Part shown: piece after piece, positions 15,964 to 24,945 of the stretch
Layout of the letters: every line of letters starts with the position of its first letter
Numbering within the stretch: position 1 is the first letter of the stretch
Origin: an uncultured Methanosarcinales archaeon
Lineage (GTDB): Archaea > Nanobdellota > Nanobdellia > Woesearchaeales > JAGWAF01
DNA length: 25,632 nucleotides
Assembly: GCA_964562875.1 (NCBI GenBank)
Contig: CAZLVM010000001.1
Coordinates: forward strand, 1-25,632
Direction: 5' to 3'
Position numbers and translations under genes: made by a program
Notes under the pieces: generated by a model
Told to the model about the DNA's origin: nothing
What the model saw: the letters and a program-made list of their open reading frames with translations, nothing else
Databases searched by the model: none

Positions 15964-18258
15964 TCATCCAAAATAAGACGGCTTGTCTGCCTTCATTTCT
16001 TTTGCTTTTGCTGAAGAAAACTTGTCTTTGAGATCCTTGTACTCTTCTTCAATTTCTTTTGTTGCAGACGGCCTTACAATGCTGAAAGACTCATCAAAGT
16101 CAGCCATTGTAACTTCTTTTGCTTTGATATCTTTTCTTAGCGCGATTATTCCTGCTTCCCTGCATACTGCTTCTGTGTCTGCCCCCACATATCCTTCTGC
16201 TTTTTCAGCAAGTTTTGCAGCAGATACATCTTTTGCAAGAGGCATTCCCTTTAAGTGAATCTCAAATATTTTTTCTCTTGCTTTTTTGTCAGGCACAGAT
16301 GTTAGTATTATTCTGTCAAACCTTCCAGGCCTAAGCAGCGCAGTGTCAAGCATGTCCGGCCTATTTGTTGCAGCTATGATAACTATATCATTAAGCGCTT
16401 CAAGCCCGTCCATCTCTGTCAGCATTTGGTTAACTACTCTTTCTGTGACATGGGCATCTGAACTTGCGCTTCTCCTTGGCGCAAGCGAGTCTATCTCGTC
16501 AAAGAATATGATTGTTGGGGCTGTCTGCCTTGCCTTCTTAAAAATTTCCCTCACAGCCTTTTCACTTTCACCAACCCATTTTGAAAGCAGCTCAGGTCCT
16601 TTAACAAGTATGAAGTTTGATTCTGATTCAGTTGCAATTGCCTTTGCAAGCATTGTTTTCCCTGTTCCTGGAGCGCCGTAAAGTAAAATACCCTTTGGAG
16701 GCTTAACCCCTATTCTTTTGAAGATTTCAGGGTTTTTCAGAGGCCATTCAACAGCCTCTTTCAGCTGCTGCTTAACTTGGTCAAGCCCGCCAATCTGGCT
16801 CCACTTGACATTAGGCGACTCAATGAGCACTTCCCTTAATGCAGAAGGCCTTACAACCTTTAGTGATTCCTTGAAATCATCTCTTGTAATCTTTAGATTT
16901 TCAAGCACACTCTGAGGTATTGTATCTTCCTTGCCATACCTAAGATCGGGCAATAGCCGCCTTAGCACTACCATTGCAGCCTCTTTTGCCAGGCTCGCAA
17001 GGTCTGCCCCAACAAAGCCATGCGTTACTCTCGCTATCTCATTGAGATTTACATCCTTGTCAAGCGGCATATTTCTTGTGTGAATCTTAAGAACATTTTC
17101 CCTTCCTGTTTTGTCAGGAACGCCTATCTCTATCTCCCTGTCAAACCTTCCAGGCCTTCTCAATGCAGGGTCAAGTATGTTAGGCACGTTTGTTGCTGCA
17201 ATAACAACAATCTTTCCCCTGTTCTGCAGGCCGTCCATCAGCGAAAGCAGCTGGGCAACAACCCTTCTTTCAACTTCCCCTTTTGTCTCTTCCCTTTTTG
17301 ATGCTATTGCATCTATTTCGTCTATAAATATGATTGATGGAGCATTTTTTTCTGCATCTTCGAATATTTTTCTTAAGTTCTCTTCTGATTGACCGTAGAA
17401 CTTGCTCATGATTTCAGGGCCGTTGATAACAACAAAATGTGATGATGTTTCGTTTGCAACTGCTTTGGCAAGAAGTGTTTTTCCTGTTCCAGGAGGTCCG
17501 TGAAGCAGAACTCCTTTTGGAGGTTCTATGCCCAGTCTTTCAAACAGCTCGGGATGCTTCAATGGAAGCTCAACCATTTCCCTGATTTTTTTGACTTCAT
17601 CATGAAGCCCGCCTATGTCTTCATAGCTGACTTCGGGAATTGTCTCTTCCTTAACCTCAACTGCCTCTGGATTGAATACAATCTCTGTTTCATCGCTGAT
17701 TATGACTGCCTGTTTAGGGGTTGTTTCTGTAACAACAAATTTTATGTCTCCAAATCCAAACCCTATTCCGCCCATCATGCTTTCATCAAGCATTGAGAAT
17801 ATGTCGTCAAATGGACTGCCGCTCATGGTGCTTCTTCTTGTTCTTGTGCCTCCAAGGGATATGATGTCTCCCTTGATTACAGCTCTTCCAAGAAGCCCGT
17901 GTTTGAATACAGTTGGGGAAGCCTTAATCATGACGCTCTTTATTGCAGGGGCTATTATCACCTTCTTGGCTTCCTTTACATCAGACCTTCTTACTTTTAC
18001 CTGCTCGCCTATGGATGACTTGGCATTCCTTCGTGTGAGCCCGTCCATCCTTATTATACTAATTCCTATGTCTCCTGGATAGGCTCTGTCAACAATGGCT
18101 ACGCTTGTATTCTCCCCTTCAATTTCAACAATCTCGCCAGGTCTTGTGCCTATTTCTTTCATAAAATTAGAATCAATTCTAACAATGCCTTTATTTACAT
18201 CATCCTGGATTGCTTCAGCAACCTTCAGCTTTATTTCCTTTGATGATTTGGCTATCAT
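15964..18258 (-). CDS. cdc48: CDC48/VCP (VAT) AAA+ ATPase
   Basis: N-domain, two Walker A motifs ([16 protein letters not shown]), two Walker B motifs (IFIDEID, IFFDEID), RPGRFDR twice, C-terminal YFG. Confidence 0.98.
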   Translation of the reverse strand: MIAKSSKEIKLKVAEAIQDDVNKGIVRIDSNFMKEIGTRPGEIVEIEGENTSVAIVDRAYPGDIGISIIRMDGLTRRNAKSSIGEQVKVRRSDVKEAKKVIIAPAIKSVMIKASPTVFKHGLLGRAVIKGDIISLGGTRTRRSTMSGSPFDDIFSMLDESMMGGIGFGFGDIKFVVTETTPKQAVIISDETEIVFNPEAVEVKEETIPEVSYEDIGGLHDEVKKIREMVELPLKHPELFERLGIEPPKGVLLHGPPGTGKTLLAKAVANETSSHFVVINGPEIMSKFYGQSEENLRKIFEDAEKNAPSIIFIDEIDAIASKREETKGEVERRVVAQLLSLMDGLQNRGKIVVIAATNVPNILDPALRRPGRFDREIEIGVPDKTGRENVLKIHTRNMPLDKDVNLNEIARVTHGFVGADLASLAKEAAMVVLRRLLPDLRYGKEDTIPQSVLENLKITRDDFKESLKVVRPSALREVLIESPNVKWSQIGGLDQVKQQLKEAVEWPLKNPEIFKRIGVKPPKGILLYGAPGTGKTMLAKAIATESESNFILVKGPELLSKWVGESEKAVREIFKKARQTAPTIIFFDEIDSLAPRRSASSDAHVTERVVNQMLTEMDGLEALNDIVIIAATNRPDMLDTALLRPGRFDRIILTSVPDKKAREKIFEIHLKGMPLAKDVSAAKLAEKAEGYVGADTEAVCREAGIIALRKDIKAKEVTMADFDESFSIVRPSATKEIEEEYKDLKDKFSSAKAKEMKADKPSYFG

Positions 18259-18327
18259 TTTCCCCCAATAACTTTAGGATTCAAAACTGTATAGGATTTA
18301 AAAAATTTATGGTAATAAAAAACAACC

Positions 18328-18741
18328 TTACTTGTTTGCTACCTTTACAGTTGGCAGCTGTATTGGCGGAGGCAGATTAATGTCCCTGCTCAATATCAGA
18401 GCCTCAATATTGCACTTTGAAAGCACGTTGTTCAGTATAACAGGCATTATATCCTTTGGCACTGTCTTATCTTTCTTCCATGAGTCAAGAATTTCAGCTA
18501 TCTTTTCAGGAGTGTTAAGATATACCAAGTCTCCAAGAATAGTCATCTCGCCCATCTTTGGTTCGTATTTTGTATTGTATTCAAAATCGAACTTCAATGC
18601 CGGTTGCTTGGCGCTGCCTATTGAAAGGTCAGCCTTTTCCACCTTTGTGATGGCAACATTATTCTTAATATTGATTTTTCCTTTTGCGCCAGTTTTTCTT
18701 TCTGCACTTATTTTTGTAAAGTTTGTTGATATTACTGCCAT
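18328..18741 (-). CDS. Conserved archaeal hypothetical protein (possible SecB-like beta-rich fold), 137 aa
   Basis: GGTGAT RBS 6 nt before ATG 18741, so the track's GTG start is the RBS. Alternating beta pattern and C-terminal LPPPIQLP. Confidence 0.8.
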   Translation of the reverse strand: MAVISTNFTKISAERKTGAKGKINIKNNVAITKVEKADLSIGSAKQPALKFDFEYNTKYEPKMGEMTILGDLVYLNTPEKIAEILDSWKKDKTVPKDIMPVILNNVLSKCNIEALILSRDINLPPPIQLPTVKVANK

Positions 18742-18907
18742 AATTATCACCAGTATTAAGGATTTAATGTTAGTATATAAAATTTACGATTTCTGAAGGA
18801 AACCTTTAAATAACCTCTCCATAACTTAAATACCATGTTAAATAGGATTGTTTTAGTGGTTCCATAGGTAATTTCTGTTATTTTGCAATCCTACATAAAA
18901 TATTCTT

Positions 18908-18914
18908 AGGAGGT
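18908..18914 (+). promoter_or_regulatory. Shine-Dalgarno site of dhs
   Basis: AGGAGGT 7 nt upstream of ATG 18922. Confidence 0.7.
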
Positions 18915-18921
18915 ATTCAAG

Positions 18922-19947
18922 ATGCTAAAAACAAACGTGGATGATGTATATCCTTACAAGGTGGTAAGCCCGATTAACCTAGACCATTTGCCGGAAGTGC
19001 AGGGCTATGATTTTGAGGAAAGCTTTGATTTTTCAAAGTTCATAAGCGCATACAAGTCAACTGCATTCCAGGCAACTCATTTTGGCATGGCTGTTGATAT
19101 AGTAAAGAGGATGCAGGAGGACAAAGCATTCATCTTCTTGAGCTGCACCTCAAATATTATAAGCTCAGGCCTTAGGGAAATAGTGAAGTTTCTTGTAAAA
19201 AATAACCATATCAATTTTGTAGTTACTTCCGCAGGCGGTATAGAGGAAGACCTCATAAAGAGCCTCAAGCCTTTCCATCTCGGCACATTTGACATAAAAG
19301 GCAAGATGCTGTTTGAAAAGGGCATAGCAAGGATTGGCAATATATTTGTGCCGACTGACAGGTACACATATTTTGAGAAGTTCATGGAGCCCGTGTTTAA
19401 GGAGATTTATGCAGAACAGAAAAAAATAGGAAGGCCTCTATGTTCTTCAGAAATAACAAAAATCCTTGGGAAGAGCATAAGCCACGAGGATTCATTTCTT
19501 TACTGGGCATACAAAAATGACATTCCAGTGGTTTGCCCGGCTATTATGGACGGCTCTTTTGGGGACTTGGCGCATTTCTTCAAGAAAAGAAATCCTGATT
19601 TTGCGATAGATGTTACTCAGGATACTGAAGCAATACTAAGATGCGTTGAGGAAGCTGGCAAGACCGCAATCATCTCTCTTGGCGGTGGCGTTGCAAAGCA
19701 CTTTATCCTCAACGCAAACATATTCAGGGAGGGTGTTGACTATGCTGTTTATATCACAACAGCTCAGGATTTTGACGGCTCTGATTCAGGAGGGAGCACA
19801 GAAGAGGCAATAAGCTGGGCAAAGATAAAGCCTGATGCAATGCATGTCAAGATTAATGCGGATGCCACTCTTATTTTCCCTTTACTTGTCGCAGCCACGT
19901 TTGCGCAAAAGCAAAATAATAAAAACAACAGCGCACAGAAGGAATAG
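18922..19947 (+). CDS. dys: Deoxyhypusine synthase
   Basis: GYDF, FQATHFG, TSNIISSGLRE, TSAGGIEED, RIGNIFVP, LGGGVAKH, FDGSDSG, EAISWAK (catalytic Lys position). Confidence 0.95.
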   Translation: MLKTNVDDVYPYKVVSPINLDHLPEVQGYDFEESFDFSKFISAYKSTAFQATHFGMAVDIVKRMQEDKAFIFLSCTSNIISSGLREIVKFLVKNNHINFVVTSAGGIEEDLIKSLKPFHLGTFDIKGKMLFEKGIARIGNIFVPTDRYTYFEKFMEPVFKEIYAEQKKIGRPLCSSEITKILGKSISHEDSFLYWAYKNDIPVVCPAIMDGSFGDLAHFFKKRNPDFAIDVTQDTEAILRCVEEAGKTAIISLGGGVAKHFILNANIFREGVDYAVYITTAQDFDGSDSGGSTEEAISWAKIKPDAMHVKINADATLIFPLLVAATFAQKQNNKNNSAQKE

Positions 19948-19948
19948 T

Positions 19949-20743
19949 ATGATATTAGTTGATGTTCACGCCCATTTGGATCATATGAAATTCAAGGATG
20001 ATCTTGATGAAGTGGTTGAAAGGGCAAGGAAAGCTGGAGTAAAATCAATAATTACCTCAGGAGTTAATCTCAAAACCAATAAGATAGTTCTTGAACTGGC
20101 TAAAAAATATGACATAGTTCAGGCATCTCTTGGATTATATCCAATCGATGCTTTAGCAGCAGAGCTGAAAGGCGGAGAGGCTGATGGTTTTGTAAGGGAT
20201 TTGGAAGATACAAAAGTTGAGGATGTTCTGAAGTTTATAGAGGATAACAAAGATGGATGTATGGCTGTGGGAGAATGCGGACTGGACTATCACTGGGTAA
20301 AGGACAAGCAAAAGGAAATGAAAGATGTTTTCCAGAAGGTCATAGATGTTGTTGAGAAAATAAACAAGCCAATCGTTGTCCACACGAGAAAAGCAGAGCT
20401 TGACTGCGTTGAGATGCTCGAATCCTCAAAAATAAAAAAAGTCCTTCTGCACTGCTTCCAAGGAAACAAGAAGCTAATCAAAAGAGCGGCAGACAACGGG
20501 TGGAGCTTTTCAATCCCTGCAAACATTAACAGGCTTCAGCATTTTCAGATGCTTTCTGAAATGGTGAACCTTTCTCAGATTTTTACAGAGACTGACTGCC
20601 CTTATCTAAGCCCTTTCCCGGGCAAGAGGAATGAGCCTGCATTTGTGGCAGAGACAATAAAGAAGATTGCAGAGATAAAGGGCATGACAGAAGACGACGT
20701 TTCAAAAAACATTTACATGAACTATCAAAAATTCTTCCTATGA
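19949..20743 (+). CDS. tatD: TatD-family metal-dependent nuclease
   Basis: DVHAHLD, AVGECGLDY, PIVVHTR, LHCF, ETDCPYL, RNEP. ATG is 1 nt after the dhs stop. Confidence 0.93.
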   Translation: MILVDVHAHLDHMKFKDDLDEVVERARKAGVKSIITSGVNLKTNKIVLELAKKYDIVQASLGLYPIDALAAELKGGEADGFVRDLEDTKVEDVLKFIEDNKDGCMAVGECGLDYHWVKDKQKEMKDVFQKVIDVVEKINKPIVVHTRKAELDCVEMLESSKIKKVLLHCFQGNKKLIKRAADNGWSFSIPANINRLQHFQMLSEMVNLSQIFTETDCPYLSPFPGKRNEPAFVAETIKKIAEIKGMTEDDVSKNIYMNYQKFFL

Positions 20744-21846
20744 AATCGGCAAAAACAAAATTCTATTCGTGGAAGGCAGGAGCCCTTGCAAAGGGATGCC
20801 AAATGTGCGTAAAAGGCGAAAAGATTGTGCTCTTCGCAACAGGCCTTTGCCCTAATAGGTGTTATTTCTGCCCTATCTCAGACAGTAAAAATGGGAAGGA
20901 TGATGTTTATGCAAATGAGTGGAAGATTAAGTCAGAAAAGGAAATCATAAAAGAAGCAGAGCTTTGCAGTGCAAAAGGCGCAGGCATAACAGGCGGAGAT
21001 CCTCTTGTAAAGCTGGATAGGGTTGTTGGGTATATCAATCTCCTAAAGAAAAGGTTTGGAAAGAAATTTCATATTCATCTTTATACTCCTCTTGAACTGG
21101 TAAATGAAAAAACACTGAAGCGGCTTTATGATGCAGGTCTTGACGAGATAAGGTTTCATCCTGACATTGAAGACCCTTCAAAATGGAACAGGCTTGAGCT
21201 TGCAAGAAAATTCAAATGGGATGTTGGAGTTGAAATCCCTTCAATTCCGGGAAAAGAAGAGCAAACAATGCAGCTGGTTGATTTCATAAAGGGAAAAGTA
21301 AATTTCCTTAACATAAATGAGCTTGAGATTTCTGACTCAAACGCAAACAATCTTGTGGAAAGAGGGTTCAAGTCTAAGGATAATATGTCTTATGCTGTTA
21401 AGGGGAGCGAGGAGCTTGCAAAAAAGATTCTAAAGTATGCTGCATCAAAGAATATCAATACTCATTATTGCACAGCTCAGCTAAAAGATAGGGTTCAGTT
21501 AAGAAAGAGAATTCTGAAGCGGGCAGAAAACGCTGCAAAAAAATATGATATTATCACAGAGGAGGGCATGCTCATAAGGGGGGCTGTATATCTCATGAAG
21601 CCGTCCTTTGGATACATGAGAAAGATTGAAAAGAAAAGAAAAATTCTCATCCCAAAACTGAAAAGAATAATGGAATCCCTCAACCTAAAAAACGCAGAGC
21701 TCGACCAGAGAAAGTGCAGGATACTCATGCATCCTGAAGACATTGAAAAGCTCTCGGATAAGTTAAAAGAAAAGGGACTAGTCCCTGCAATTGTTGAAGA
21801 GTATCCTACTTGGGATGCTCTCGAAGTCGAAATAGAATTCTTGTAG
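20740..21846 (+). CDS. Radical SAM protein of unknown function (COG2108-like archaeal family)
   Basis: CPNRCYFC (CxxxCxxC), GITGGDP, HIHLYT, DEIRFH, extra GCQMC. ATGA overlap with tatD. Confidence 0.9.
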   Translation: MKSAKTKFYSWKAGALAKGCQMCVKGEKIVLFATGLCPNRCYFCPISDSKNGKDDVYANEWKIKSEKEIIKEAELCSAKGAGITGGDPLVKLDRVVGYINLLKKRFGKKFHIHLYTPLELVNEKTLKRLYDAGLDEIRFHPDIEDPSKWNRLELARKFKWDVGVEIPSIPGKEEQTMQLVDFIKGKVNFLNINELEISDSNANNLVERGFKSKDNMSYAVKGSEELAKKILKYAASKNINTHYCTAQLKDRVQLRKRILKRAENAAKKYDIITEEGMLIRGAVYLMKPSFGYMRKIEKKRKILIPKLKRIMESLNLKNAELDQRKCRILMHPEDIEKLSDKLKEKGLVPAIVEEYPTWDALEVEIEFL

Positions 21847-21858
21847 AAAAATAGGCTG

Positions 21859-22031
21859 TTGCCACCAAGCTAATAAGAGCCAATGCTGCCCAGCAAACAA
21901 GAGTCATTGCCACCCAGCGAAGTACTTAATCTAAAGATTGTTTAACACGTGGGACTCCTTTGAAGAAGAAATAAAATATCAACACGTAGCGTGGCAATGA
22001 CTCAGAACTATTTTATCACAAAGCGTGGCAA
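21859..22031. repeat. Degenerate outer shell of the dispersed element, enclosing copy A
   Basis: TTGCCAC-CAAGC at 21859-21870 and AGC-GTGGCAA at 22022-22031. A second left arm AGCCAATGCTGC at 21878-21889 is identical to the copy-C left arm. Confidence 0.75.
21901..22003. repeat. Dispersed stem-closed element, copy A
   Basis: 13-bp inverted repeat GAGTCATTGCCAC / GTGGCAATGACTC around a 77-nt interior CCAGCGAAGTAC...ACGTGGGACTCCTTT...CACGTAGC. Confidence 0.9.
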
Positions 22032-22037
22032 TTGCCT

Positions 22038-22133
22038 CCATTGCCACCTAGCGAAGTACACAATCTAAACATTCTTCTGCACGTGACTCCTTTCAGGAAG
22101 CATGAATAAAAGCAGCACGAAGCGTGGCAATGG
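22038..22133. repeat. Dispersed stem-closed element, copy B
   Basis: 10-bp inverted repeat CCATTGCCAC / GTGGCAATGG around a 76-nt interior CTAGCGAAGTAC...ACGTGACTCCTTT...CACGAAGC. Confidence 0.9.
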
Positions 22134-22171
22134 TAGAAAAATATTTATACTATGCTTCTTAAAATTAAAGC

Positions 22172-22483
22172 ATGAAAATAACTATAGACACAAAAGAGGA
22201 TTCAAAAGAGGAAATCAAGAAGGCAATAAGTTTCCTTTCATCTCTTAGCGACGGAACTATCTATACAAACTGTGCAAATAATGAAAAGCCTTCCCATCAA
22301 AAGGATATATTTTCGGATGACCCATCACCTGAAGTGGGGGGAGGAATGTTCAGCATGTTTGGCAGCTCTTCATCTCCAGCCCAGGATTCTCCGTCAGATT
22401 CTTCTGCTGAAACAACAGTAGTTCTGGAAGAGGAAAAGAAAGAGCCTAAAAAAAAGCCTGAAATACAGGTAATTGAGTATTAA
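22172..22483 (+). CDS. Hypothetical protein, 103 aa, with low-complexity S/D/P/E middle
   Basis: TTTATAC at 22144-22150 upstream; 1-nt gap to archease, so it is the first gene of the archease-rtcB operon. Confidence 0.8.
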   Translation: MKITIDTKEDSKEEIKKAISFLSSLSDGTIYTNCANNEKPSHQKDIFSDDPSPEVGGGMFSMFGSSSSPAQDSPSDSSAETTVVLEEEKKEPKKKPEIQVIEY

Positions 22484-22484
22484 G

Positions 22485-22916
22485 ATGAAACAATACGAGT
22501 TTCTAGAGCACACTGCAGACGCCAAGTTTAAGGCTTATGGAAATGATTTTGGAGAGGCATTTTCAAACGCTGCAAAGGCTATGGTTTCACTGATGTATGA
22601 TTCTGAACTTGTTGCAGCATCTCACATAGAGGAGATAAAAGCTGAAGGCAAGGACATGGGCCAGCTTCTTTACAAGTTTCTTGAGGAATTTCTTTTTCTG
22701 CAGGATTCAAAGCAGTTTGTGCTTCACGGCTTTCCAAAGGAAATAAAGATAATGGAATCAAAAGGAAAATTCTCGCTGAAGGCAGAAGCCACCGGAGACT
22801 ATCTTGACAAGACAGATGAAAAATATGAGGTAAGCCCTGTTGTCAAGGCAGTAACTTACAATGAAATGAAAATAAGCGAAAAACCTTTATATGTGCAGGT
22901 AGTTCTTGACATCTAA
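22485..22916 (+). CDS. Archease (RtcB cofactor)
   Basis: YEFLEHTADAKFKAYG N-terminus, VKAVTYNEM, C-terminal VVLDI; adjacent to rtcB. Confidence 0.93.
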   Translation: MKQYEFLEHTADAKFKAYGNDFGEAFSNAAKAMVSLMYDSELVAASHIEEIKAEGKDMGQLLYKFLEEFLFLQDSKQFVLHGFPKEIKIMESKGKFSLKAEATGDYLDKTDEKYEVSPVVKAVTYNEMKISEKPLYVQVVLDI

Positions 22917-24346
22917 TGGAAAAGGTTGAGCTTGAGAAAGAGAGCGAATTTGTTTGGAAAATTCCAAAAACTGGCTCTATGAATGTTCCTGCAGTAGTTT
23001 ATGCTTCTGACAAGCTTATGGAAAACATAAAGCAGGATTTGACTCTTCAGCAGATAAGGAATGTGGCGTGCCTTAAGGGAATACAGAAGAATGCTATTGC
23101 GCTTCCTGACTCCCACCAGGGATATGGGTTTAACATAGGCGGTGTAGCTGCCTTTGACATGAACGAAGGAGTGATTTCTCCAGGCGGAGTTGGCTATGAC
23201 ATCAACTGCGGAGTAAGGATGCTCAGGACTGACATGACTGCAGATGAGCTTTTGAAAAAAAAGAATGAAATTATTGAGGAGTTGTTCAAGGAGATACCTG
23301 CAGGTGTTGGAAAGGGCGGTTCTACAAAGTTAACAAAGGATAGTCTTATGGAAGCTCTTGAAAAAGGTCCTGAGTGGGCTCTCAAGGAAGGCTATGGTAA
23401 AAAAGAAGACTTGGAAAGAACAGAAGAAGATGGAAGAATGAAGGACGCTGATCCTTCAAAGGTTTCCCAGAGGGCAATTGCAAGGGGAATGCCTCAGCTG
23501 GGGACATTGGGAGCTGGAAATCATTTTATTGAGCTTCAGAAAGTTGACAAAATCTATGACGAGAAAGTTGCAAAGGCGTTTGGCATAGAAAAGGAAGGCC
23601 AGGTTACAATGATGATTCACTGCGGAAGCAGGGGCTTGGGCCATCAGGTTGCTTCTGATTATATTCAGTCAATGGAAAACAAGTTTGGCATAGAAGGCCT
23701 GCCTGACAGGGAGCTAATCAACGCTCCAATACAATCAGATCTTGGTCAGGATTATTACAAGGCAATGTGCTGTGCAATAAATTATGCTTTTGCAAACAGG
23801 CATTTGATAATGCACTGGGCAAGGGAAAGCTTTGAAAAAATATTTGGTTCTTCAGATGGCATGGACATGATATATGATGTCTGTCATAACATTGCAAAGT
23901 TTGAGAATCATGAGATTGACGGCAAGAAAACAAAGGTTTGCATTCATAGAAAGGGCGCAACAAGAAGCTTTGGCCCTGGAAGGGAAGAAATTCCTGATGT
24001 TTATAGAAATGTTGGCCAGCCTGTCATAATTCCCGGAAGCATGGGCACTGCATCATACCTTCTTGTAGGTACAAAAAAGGCAGAGGAGCTTTCGTTTGGA
24101 AGCACTGCTCACGGCGCAGGAAGGCTGTTGTCAAGGCATGCTGCAATGAGATTAAAGAGGGGAGAGCAGGTTAAGAAAGACCTTGAGGCAAAGGGAATTA
24201 CTGTCAAGGGAGCATCAATGAAAGGCCTTGCAGAGGAAATGCCTGAAGCCTACAAGGATATTGATGAGGTTGTTCGTGTTTCTGACTCTCTTGGTCTTGC
24301 AAAAAAAGTGGCAAGAGTTGTTCCTTTAGAAGTAATCAAGGGTTAA
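22916..24346 (+). CDS. rtcB: tRNA-splicing ligase RtcB
   Basis: PDSHQGYGF, GYDINCG, GAGNHFIE, HCGSRGLGH, DVCHNIAK, HRKGATR, STAHGAGR. TAATG coupling to archease. Confidence 0.98.
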   Translation: MEKVELEKESEFVWKIPKTGSMNVPAVVYASDKLMENIKQDLTLQQIRNVACLKGIQKNAIALPDSHQGYGFNIGGVAAFDMNEGVISPGGVGYDINCGVRMLRTDMTADELLKKKNEIIEELFKEIPAGVGKGGSTKLTKDSLMEALEKGPEWALKEGYGKKEDLERTEEDGRMKDADPSKVSQRAIARGMPQLGTLGAGNHFIELQKVDKIYDEKVAKAFGIEKEGQVTMMIHCGSRGLGHQVASDYIQSMENKFGIEGLPDRELINAPIQSDLGQDYYKAMCCAINYAFANRHLIMHWARESFEKIFGSSDGMDMIYDVCHNIAKFENHEIDGKKTKVCIHRKGATRSFGPGREEIPDVYRNVGQPVIIPGSMGTASYLLVGTKKAEELSFGSTAHGAGRLLSRHAAMRLKRGEQVKKDLEAKGITVKGASMKGLAEEMPEAYKDIDEVVRVSDSLGLAKKVARVVPLEVIKG

Positions 24347-24945
24347 ATCTCAATAATTTTTCCTTTCTTTCCAACATTGATGACTTTTGTTTTCCCAATC
24401 TTTTCTTCAATGCCTTCTGCTTCATGAACATGGGAGCAGAGCATTATGTCCGGCTTAAACTTGTCAATAGCCTTTCTTATGCCTTCTGAACCTGGAAAGA
24501 ATGATGTGAACTTTTCCATCTTTGTTCCTGTTGGATGCACGTGAGTTACCATTATTGTCTTTTTTGCTTTCTTTACTCCTTTGTATCCCTGTTCTATCAG
24601 CTTGAAAATTTCATCTTCGCTCAGCTGGAACAAGCCTATGTTTGCGCCGCCAGCTCCAAAAAGACCGACATCGCCTGCCATTATTGAGTATCCATGCAGG
24701 TTTGTTGCGCCGTAAAGCTCTGCAAGAAAGTCTGCTGTTGCAACAGTCTCATGGTTTCCTGGAATCAGAACTACTTTTTCTCCTAGCTTTACGAAAGGTC
24801 CGATTATTCCTGCTGTAGAAGCTTCTGCCATTGTCAGGTCTCCGCAAAGGACAACTAAGTCAACCTTTTCCTTCTTTGCCCGTTCTGCCAGTTTCTTGGC
24901 AAGGCCTGTATCGCCGTGTATATCTCCGGCTGCAAGTATTTTCAT
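24343..24945 (-). CDS. Calcineurin-like metallophosphoesterase
   Basis: GDIHGD, CGDL, PGNHE, VTHVHP, CSHVHE, VINVG. ATG 24945 with upstream AGGTG RBS preferred over the GTG at 24954. Confidence 0.92.
   Translation of the reverse strand: MKILAAGDIHGDTGLAKKLAERAKKEKVDLVVLCGDLTMAEASTAGIIGPFVKLGEKVVLIPGNHETVATADFLAELYGATNLHGYSIMAGDVGLFGAGGANIGLFQLSEDEIFKLIEQGYKGVKKAKKTIMVTHVHPTGTKMEKFTSFFPGSEGIRKAIDKFKPDIMLCSHVHEAEGIEEKIGKTKVINVGKKGKIIEI

Noticed and set aside
19835-19948. N-terminal extension of TatD
   Set aside because: It lies within dhs; the TatD motif starts at ATG 19949.
21901-22003. Known ribozyme or guide RNA (hammerhead, HDV-like, C/D box, H/ACA)
   Set aside because: I could not find CUGAUGA/GAAA cores, the nested HDV pseudoknot or C/D boxes on either strand. 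A covariance-model search is still needed to exclude other classes.
21997-22068. 23-aa ORF MTQNYFITKRGNCLHCHLAKYTI with a CxxCH heme motif
   Set aside because: The motif arises from the TTGCC/TTGCCAC repeat arms; there is no signal peptide, RBS or cytochrome context.
21859-22133. CRISPR array or integron attC cassette array
   Set aside because: Arms are inverted and nested rather than regular direct repeats, the interiors are conserved rather than unique, there are no RYYYAAC/GTTRRRY ends, and there is no integrase in the window.
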